31,277 nucleotides of DNA from Planctomycetota bacterium (GTDB lineage Bacteria > Planctomycetota > GCA-002687715 > DRQF01): contig JALTLO010000094.1 in the NCBI GenBank assembly GCA_027001995.1, forward strand, positions 1 through 31,277, given 5' to 3'. Every line of letters begins with the position of its first letter. Within the stretch, counting starts at the first letter, position 1. Shown one piece after another: positions 26,639-31,277 of this stretch. The notes under the pieces are model-generated. The model did no database searches, was not told the origin of the DNA, and worked only from the letters and a program-made list of their open reading frames with translations. The position numbers and the translations under genes are program-made.

Positions 26639-27409
26639 TCAAGAGTTTGTCCAAGTTGCTGTCCGCTTTTCTAAGAAGGCAGTAATCCCCTCAACCGCAT
26701 CCTGTGTCGACATTAATTCAGCCAGGTAGAGCTTCTCGAGAGCGTCAATGTCCTCAGAAAATTGGCGATGAAATCGTCCTCGGGAAGCCGCCACTGCCAA
26801 CCGCAACGAGGACGCTGATTTGTTAGCGAAATGTTCTCGAGCATATGCCAAAGCCGATGCCACTGGATCATCCTCAATGGCATCAATCAAACCACAGCGA
26901 AGGGCTTCTTCTGCATGCACCGTTTTGCCGGTTAGTAACAAGTCATCGGCAACAGCTTGACCGCAGCGATGAGGTAGCATGACGCTAGCCACAGGAGCAA
27001 AGACCCCCAATTGGATCTCAGGTTGCCCATATTGAGATCTGGGAGAACCGATGACCCGGTGGCAGAAGGAAGCGACTTCCAAGCCACCACCCAAACAATA
27101 ACCATTGATAGCGGCGACGAAGGTGACATGACTGGCCATCATGGCTTTCATGAGGGTGTGAAGATCGTGGAGCATCGAAGCCACAGACCCAGGCAGATGC
27201 TCTTCGACACTGGCTCCAAACGAGAAGTTCTTGCCGGCCGCCGTCAAAATGACAGTTTTCACCTCTGGCTTCGTGCGAATGTCTTCGATGTAGCCCTTCA
27301 GTGCCGCAACCATGGCACTGTCTATGATGTTGCTGTTCGGTCGATTCAGGGTCAGGCTCAGAATGCCATCCCCTTCGTCGGCGAAAATCACTGGATCAGA
27401 TTCAGACAT
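26639..27409 (-). CDS. dch: Cyclohexa-1,5-diene-1-carbonyl-CoA hydratase (crotonase family)
   Basis: FSFGASVEEH, CLGGGLE, GQPEIQLGVFAP and LEKLYLAELM..DAVEGI. Start placed at ATG 27409 (GGAGAG upstream), overlapping the upstream GNAT stop. Confidence 0.85.
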   Translation of the reverse strand: MSESDPVIFADEGDGILSLTLNRPNSNIIDSAMVAALKGYIEDIRTKPEVKTVILTAAGKNFSFGASVEEHLPGSVASMLHDLHTLMKAMMASHVTFVAAINGYCLGGGLEVASFCHRVIGSPRSQYGQPEIQLGVFAPVASVMLPHRCGQAVADDLLLTGKTVHAEEALRCGLIDAIEDDPVASALAYAREHFANKSASSLRLAVAASRGRFHRQFSEDIDALEKLYLAELMSTQDAVEGITAFLEKRTATWTNS

Positions 27410-27887
27410 CAGACTCTCCTGTTTCCTCATCGTGTTGGGGCTGAAGTGTGCATTCCATCTCGGCATAGGGGCCAGCCACAAAGCCGCTGCTGCGGAAAAA
27501 AGCCGCCATAGGCACATCGTCACGACGTACCATGGTGCGCATCAAATTGACGCCTAAGTCTCGGAATCGTTGTCTCGCGACTCTTAGGATTTCACCGGCA
27601 ACGCCCCGCCTGCTTATGGCAGGGTCGACGGCAACGGAAAAAATCCACCCGCATCGAGCACTGCCGAATTCCCAGGCACGAATTTCTCCAAACAGAAATC
27701 CTGCAAGATTTCCGGATCCATCTCGAGCCAAGAGTGCTATACGTCCTTCGGTGTCATGGCTAAAATCTGCCACGATCTTCTTCCAATACTCAGCTTTCGC
27801 TTCGCCACCATGCTTCACGTCGAGCTGAACGATTTCCTCGACGTCATTGATCGTGACATCCGTGATGGAAATGCATAGATCCTTCAT
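27402..27887 (-). CDS. GNAT N-acetyltransferase, BadL-like
   Basis: AGFLFGEIRAWEFG..FSVAVDP..RRGVAG..MRTMVRR..FFRSSGF. Lies between oah and dch. Confidence 0.75.
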   Translation of the reverse strand: MKDLCISITDVTINDVEEIVQLDVKHGGEAKAEYWKKIVADFSHDTEGRIALLARDGSGNLAGFLFGEIRAWEFGSARCGWIFSVAVDPAISRRGVAGEILRVARQRFRDLGVNLMRTMVRRDDVPMAAFFRSSGFVAGPYAEMECTLQPQHDEETGESDV

Positions 27888-27894
27888 CAGCGGC

Positions 27895-28989
27895 CTACTT
27901 TCTCGCTGCTGGCAAAATGCTGTTTGTCAGCTCATCGGTCCAAGTAGCACCGGCCGCTAATTTTTGGCGCAAAGCGATGTAGTCCACTTCGCGAAAGCCA
28001 TTGGCTGCTTCATTAAACGCTCTGAATCCGGCGCGTCCTTCCGTCATCATGTTGTTGGCCAACCATGCGCGATTGGTCTCCCGGTTGCGATTCCAGTTTT
28101 CGAGCTTGACCTTGCGGACCGACTCAATGGTCTTCGTAAGGCAGTCTGGCATCATGTAGAGCAGCTTGGTGCACATCCGGTCGACGGCAACATCAAGGGC
28201 GTTCAGGCAAATCGAGCCTTCCTTCATTTTTGCTTTGCCAGCGGCGGCAGCTTCGCCAGTTTTGTACTCGCCATAGTGGCTGAACCCCATGGCGTCGGGA
28301 GTCGTATCGGTGACCACCAAGGGGTTAGGAGCGAAAGATCCATCAATCTTAAATGAAGGAACAACTTCGGTGATCAGACCATAGTCGAGAGCCCGATGGG
28401 GGCTCCACATTTCGCAGAGTGTACAACTTTGCATAGCCCGCTCAGTGCCGACGAAACCTGCGAGGAAATCAGTTGAACCGCCGTCTGGGGCGGAGCCATG
28501 CTTAGGGCCAGCTTGGCCGAAAGTCGCCATGTCTGTGGAAATGGTGAAATCACATGCCATTCCGATTTCTTGGCCTCCAGCGATGCGCATGCCATTCACG
28601 CGACAGATGACTGGCTTGTCGCAACTCAAGATACCCGAGACCATGTCGTTAAATAGGCGCATGTAGCGGCGGTATTCCCCTGGCCGACCGGCATAGTACT
28701 CAGCGTACTCTTTCGTGTTTCCGCCGGTGCAAAAGGCGCGATCTCCGGCGCCAGTGAAAACAACGGCATTCACATCACGGGCTTCCGATGCCTTGCGAAA
28801 GGCCAAGATAACTCCCTTGACCATTTCCGTGGTGTAAGAGTTGTATTGCTTGGGATTATTGAGAGTGACCCAGGCGTTGAAGAGGCCATCCACCTTATTG
28901 CCGTCTAGATCAAGGCAGGGTTTCAACTCATAGGTAAGGCCTTCGTGCTCAAAGTTTTCTACAAGGTCGTGATTCTTGAATTCAAACAT
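27895..28989 (-). CDS. oah: 6-oxocyclohex-1-ene-1-carbonyl-CoA hydrolase
   Basis: LNNPKQYNSYTT..AFCTGGNTKEYAEYYAG..RVNGMRIAGGQEIGMACD..GPKHGSAPDGGSTDFL..NMMTEG. Confidence 0.93.
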   Translation of the reverse strand: MFEFKNHDLVENFEHEGLTYELKPCLDLDGNKVDGLFNAWVTLNNPKQYNSYTTEMVKGVILAFRKASEARDVNAVVFTGAGDRAFCTGGNTKEYAEYYAGRPGEYRRYMRLFNDMVSGILSCDKPVICRVNGMRIAGGQEIGMACDFTISTDMATFGQAGPKHGSAPDGGSTDFLAGFVGTERAMQSCTLCEMWSPHRALDYGLITEVVPSFKIDGSFAPNPLVVTDTTPDAMGFSHYGEYKTGEAAAAGKAKMKEGSICLNALDVAVDRMCTKLLYMMPDCLTKTIESVRKVKLENWNRNRETNRAWLANNMMTEGRAGFRAFNEAANGFREVDYIALRQKLAAGATWTDELTNSILPAARK

Positions 28990-29009
28990 TTACTTGCTCC
29001 GGGTGTTGA

Positions 29010-30071
29010 TCAAGCCTCTGGAATGAGGACAACGCGATTAGATATTTCGTGGTTTTTGACCGCCGCTAAGATCCCGTTGATCTCAGACATGGGGCGTCGT
29101 TCGATAAATGGTTTGATGGAAACTTCACCGGCGAGGATGAGATCCAAGGTCGCTGGATAATGTTCAGGCAGGCACCCCCAGTTTCCTTGAGCTATGGCGT
29201 CGAAGGCCATGAGGTTAGAAAGGCGGAGATCGGTTTTCTTGGGCGTGAACCCAACGACACCCAAGTAGGCTCCATGAACAAGCAGGGAGAAGGCTGTCTG
29301 CTGTCCCGCCGGACTTCCGGACGTTTCAAAGATCTTCCATTCCACGCCGGGCAAGCCATTCTCTTTGGCATATCCCCGAATGGCCTTCTTCATCGCGCGG
29401 CTGTCCATTTCACTGGCATTCAGAGTCAAACTGGCACCAAAGTCAGCAATTTTCTCAAGCCTTCCTGCGTCGACATCAATGGCTACGACCACAGCCCCTT
29501 TAGCTTTGGCGATCTGGACGGCGTAAGTGCCAACACCTCCGATACCAACGACAATGGCGAGATCACCGCTCTTGAGCTGACTTCTTTCGATGGACTGAAA
29601 TGGAGTTGTGACAGCATCTGCGATGACGGAAAGGTCAGCGAGCTCGATATCGAGTTTCGACAAGTCTGGGACAGGACAAAGCCCAGCAGAAGGGACAACT
29701 ACATGGGTGGAGAACCCCCCATCGATATCGTTGCCAGGAAAAATTTGTTTCGGGCAAATACTGCCCCGACCTCTTTGGCAGAGCTCACATGCGCCGCAGG
29801 GCATGACCGCAGGGACGATGACATCTTTCCCAACCCATTGACTCGCTGCTTCACCAGTTTCGATCACTGTGCCGCTGATTTCATGGCCCAGAACCAAAGG
29901 GAGCTCATGCCTCGTGGGTACTCCATCGTAGAGAAAACCCAAATCCGTGTGGCATATTCCGCATCCAGCAATGGCGATCAGCACCTCATGGGGCTTGAGA
30001 TTTCCACTTTCTCGGCTCTCTTGCACCAGGGGTTCATTGACCCCTGTCATGCACCAAGACTTGATAAGCAT
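29010..30071 (-). CDS. had: 6-hydroxycyclohex-1-ene-1-carbonyl-CoA dehydrogenase (Zn-dependent MDR)
   Basis: GCGICHTD..LGHEISG..CGACELC..C, ADAVTTP, KIFETSG and RLSNLMAFDA..GNWGC. First gene of the cluster. Confidence 0.92.
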   Translation of the reverse strand: MLIKSWCMTGVNEPLVQESRESGNLKPHEVLIAIAGCGICHTDLGFLYDGVPTRHELPLVLGHEISGTVIETGEAASQWVGKDVIVPAVMPCGACELCQRGRGSICPKQIFPGNDIDGGFSTHVVVPSAGLCPVPDLSKLDIELADLSVIADAVTTPFQSIERSQLKSGDLAIVVGIGGVGTYAVQIAKAKGAVVVAIDVDAGRLEKIADFGASLTLNASEMDSRAMKKAIRGYAKENGLPGVEWKIFETSGSPAGQQTAFSLLVHGAYLGVVGFTPKKTDLRLSNLMAFDAIAQGNWGCLPEHYPATLDLILAGEVSIKPFIERRPMSEINGILAAVKNHEISNRVVLIPEA

Positions 30072-30085
30072 AGTCTTTCCTTGCT

Positions 30086-30110
30086 AAAAGAAGTATTCTG
30101 GTACTTTTTT
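30086..30110. promoter_or_regulatory. Candidate operator (imperfect inverted repeat) upstream of had
   Basis: AAAAGAAGTA-N6-TACTTTTTT, 14 bp from the had start, in the region shared with the divergent Rrf2 gene. Confidence 0.4.
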
Positions 30111-30256
30111 ACGTCTTTTAGACACCGTACAAGGAACTGGGATAAATTGGTAGAAGGAAGAACAGAATTATTGAGGTGCCGCCCTGGTAGAAAGAGCCCT
30201 TACCCTCGCAACCTGTATGGAATCGCAGACTTAAGTTGGATCGAGAAAAGTAAGTC

Positions 30257-30673
30257 ATGCTGAAATTCAGCAAAGCAACAACCATTGCCCTGAATGCCAT
30301 GCTTCAACTGGCCCGGGTTGATGGGACATCCTTGTCCACAAGCGAGTTGGCGACCCGTCTTGAAATCACACCCCACCATTTGGCCAAAGTCCTGCAACAA
30401 TTGGCTCGGCACAACTTGATTGAGTCAACCCGCGGGCCCGGTGGCGGCCATCGCCTCATGGGCCAACCGAAGAACATCACCTTGATGGATATCATCGCGG
30501 TTTTTGAGATGGGGCGACAAGAGCACAACGGCGCAGAGATTCAGAAAACGTCCGCGAGTCATTCGAAGCAGGAAACAAGTGCAAGTGCTCTTCATCGCGT
30601 CTTTGACGAAATTGACGAGCAGGTTTGTTTCACCTTGAAGTCCATTTCACTGAAAACCCTCATGGCCATGTAG
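30257..30673 (+). CDS. Rrf2-family regulator without Cys triad, BadM-like
   Basis: HHLAKVLQQLARHNLIESTRGPGGG..ITLMDII; only one Cys. Divergent from the benzoyl-CoA cluster. Confidence 0.85.
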   Translation: MLKFSKATTIALNAMLQLARVDGTSLSTSELATRLEITPHHLAKVLQQLARHNLIESTRGPGGGHRLMGQPKNITLMDIIAVFEMGRQEHNGAEIQKTSASHSKQETSASALHRVFDEIDEQVCFTLKSISLKTLMAM

Positions 30674-30735
30674 CCCTTCGGAACAGCACAGGGAACTCCC
30701 TTGCAAACCCGCCCAACGTTGCCATTAAGTCAACA

Positions 30736-31277
30736 TCAAAGGCCATAGTTAATCTCGATGGCATTCGAAGTGGTCAAAGGCGCAGCGCCCAAGGCATCGA
30801 CGATCACATATTGCAAGTAGACCGTGTTGCCGGCGAGAAATGGTGGAATCTGATAATTTAGATCAAGCCCACCAAATCCGGGGACGCCAAATGGACCCAA
30901 GGTCTGAAAGTAGAAGAAGCCTGCGATCGGCGAAACGTAGAGGGTGTTACCAGGAAAAGGAACATCCACTTGAACACTGGACGAATAGCCCGCCAAGAGA
31001 ATCGCTGTCGAGGCTGTGGCAGCGTGCCGCAAAGAGATTGTAGTAAACTCATTGGGACGCACGGGGCCGATCAAAGAGAGTTTCGGAACAAACCCACCGT
31101 GACCTGGTGAGCCAATACCGAACTGCCGCACATGGCCTCCGGCCAAACCGAAGTGCCGTCGATTGAAGGTAACCGCGCCACCAAGAATATCGACGTCACC
31201 GTCATTATCAATATCCCTCAGGTAGGTCATGCCTCCACCCAGATAGACACGGGCCGGTTCGTAGGAGAAGCCTGGCC
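30736..31277 (-). CDS. C-terminal part of an FG-GAP/VCBS-repeat secreted protein (partial, starts beyond the right edge)
   Basis: The frame stays open from 31230 to the window edge (..PGFSYEPARVYLGGGM). DIDNDGDVDI repeat motif, then a beta-rich tail ending TVYLQYVIVD..TSNAIEI. Confidence 0.7.
   Translation of the reverse strand, partial: PGFSYEPARVYLGGGMTYLRDIDNDGDVDILGGAVTFNRRHFGLAGGHVRQFGIGSPGHGGFVPKLSLIGPVRPNEFTTISLRHAATASTAILLAGYSSSVQVDVPFPGNTLYVSPIAGFFYFQTLGPFGVPGFGGLDLNYQIPPFLAGNTVYLQYVIVDALGAAPLTTSNAIEINYGL

Noticed and set aside
29160..30263. 367-aa + strand ORF
   Set aside because: Antisense shadow of had with no recognisable motifs.

Overview
Bacterial chromosomal window, tentatively from a Planctomycetota-like organism (weak inference from the style of the secreted proteins). 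Left part (1-13.3 kb): mixed envelope and housekeeping genes, namely a partial putative outer-membrane beta-barrel that the ORF track missed, divergent from a double GlcG/HbpS-like lipoprotein, then a double-FHA membrane protein, an RNHCP protein, a LolA-like protein, a TPR lipoprotein, mazG and a beta-propeller/di-heme cytochrome c protein. Centre (13.4-19.3 kb): a tight + strand unit of Rrf2 regulator, membrane Fe-S protein, fused ThDP E1 alpha/beta, an unusual lipoyl + subunit-binding + left-handed beta-helix acyltransferase (an E2 with a replaced catalytic core), and a polysaccharide-deacetylase-like protein. This is the best candidate for an undescribed system. At 19.4-20.7 kb an Rpn/YhgA-family nuclease has its C-terminal module, including an internal Shine-Dalgarno site, tandemly duplicated as a separate small ORF. 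Right part (20.8-30.7 kb): an anaerobic benzoyl-CoA pathway cluster (had-oah-GNAT-dch-bcrCBAD-SDR-GNAT) with a divergent BadM-like Rrf2 gene. All calls come from reading motifs by eye; no database searches were run.
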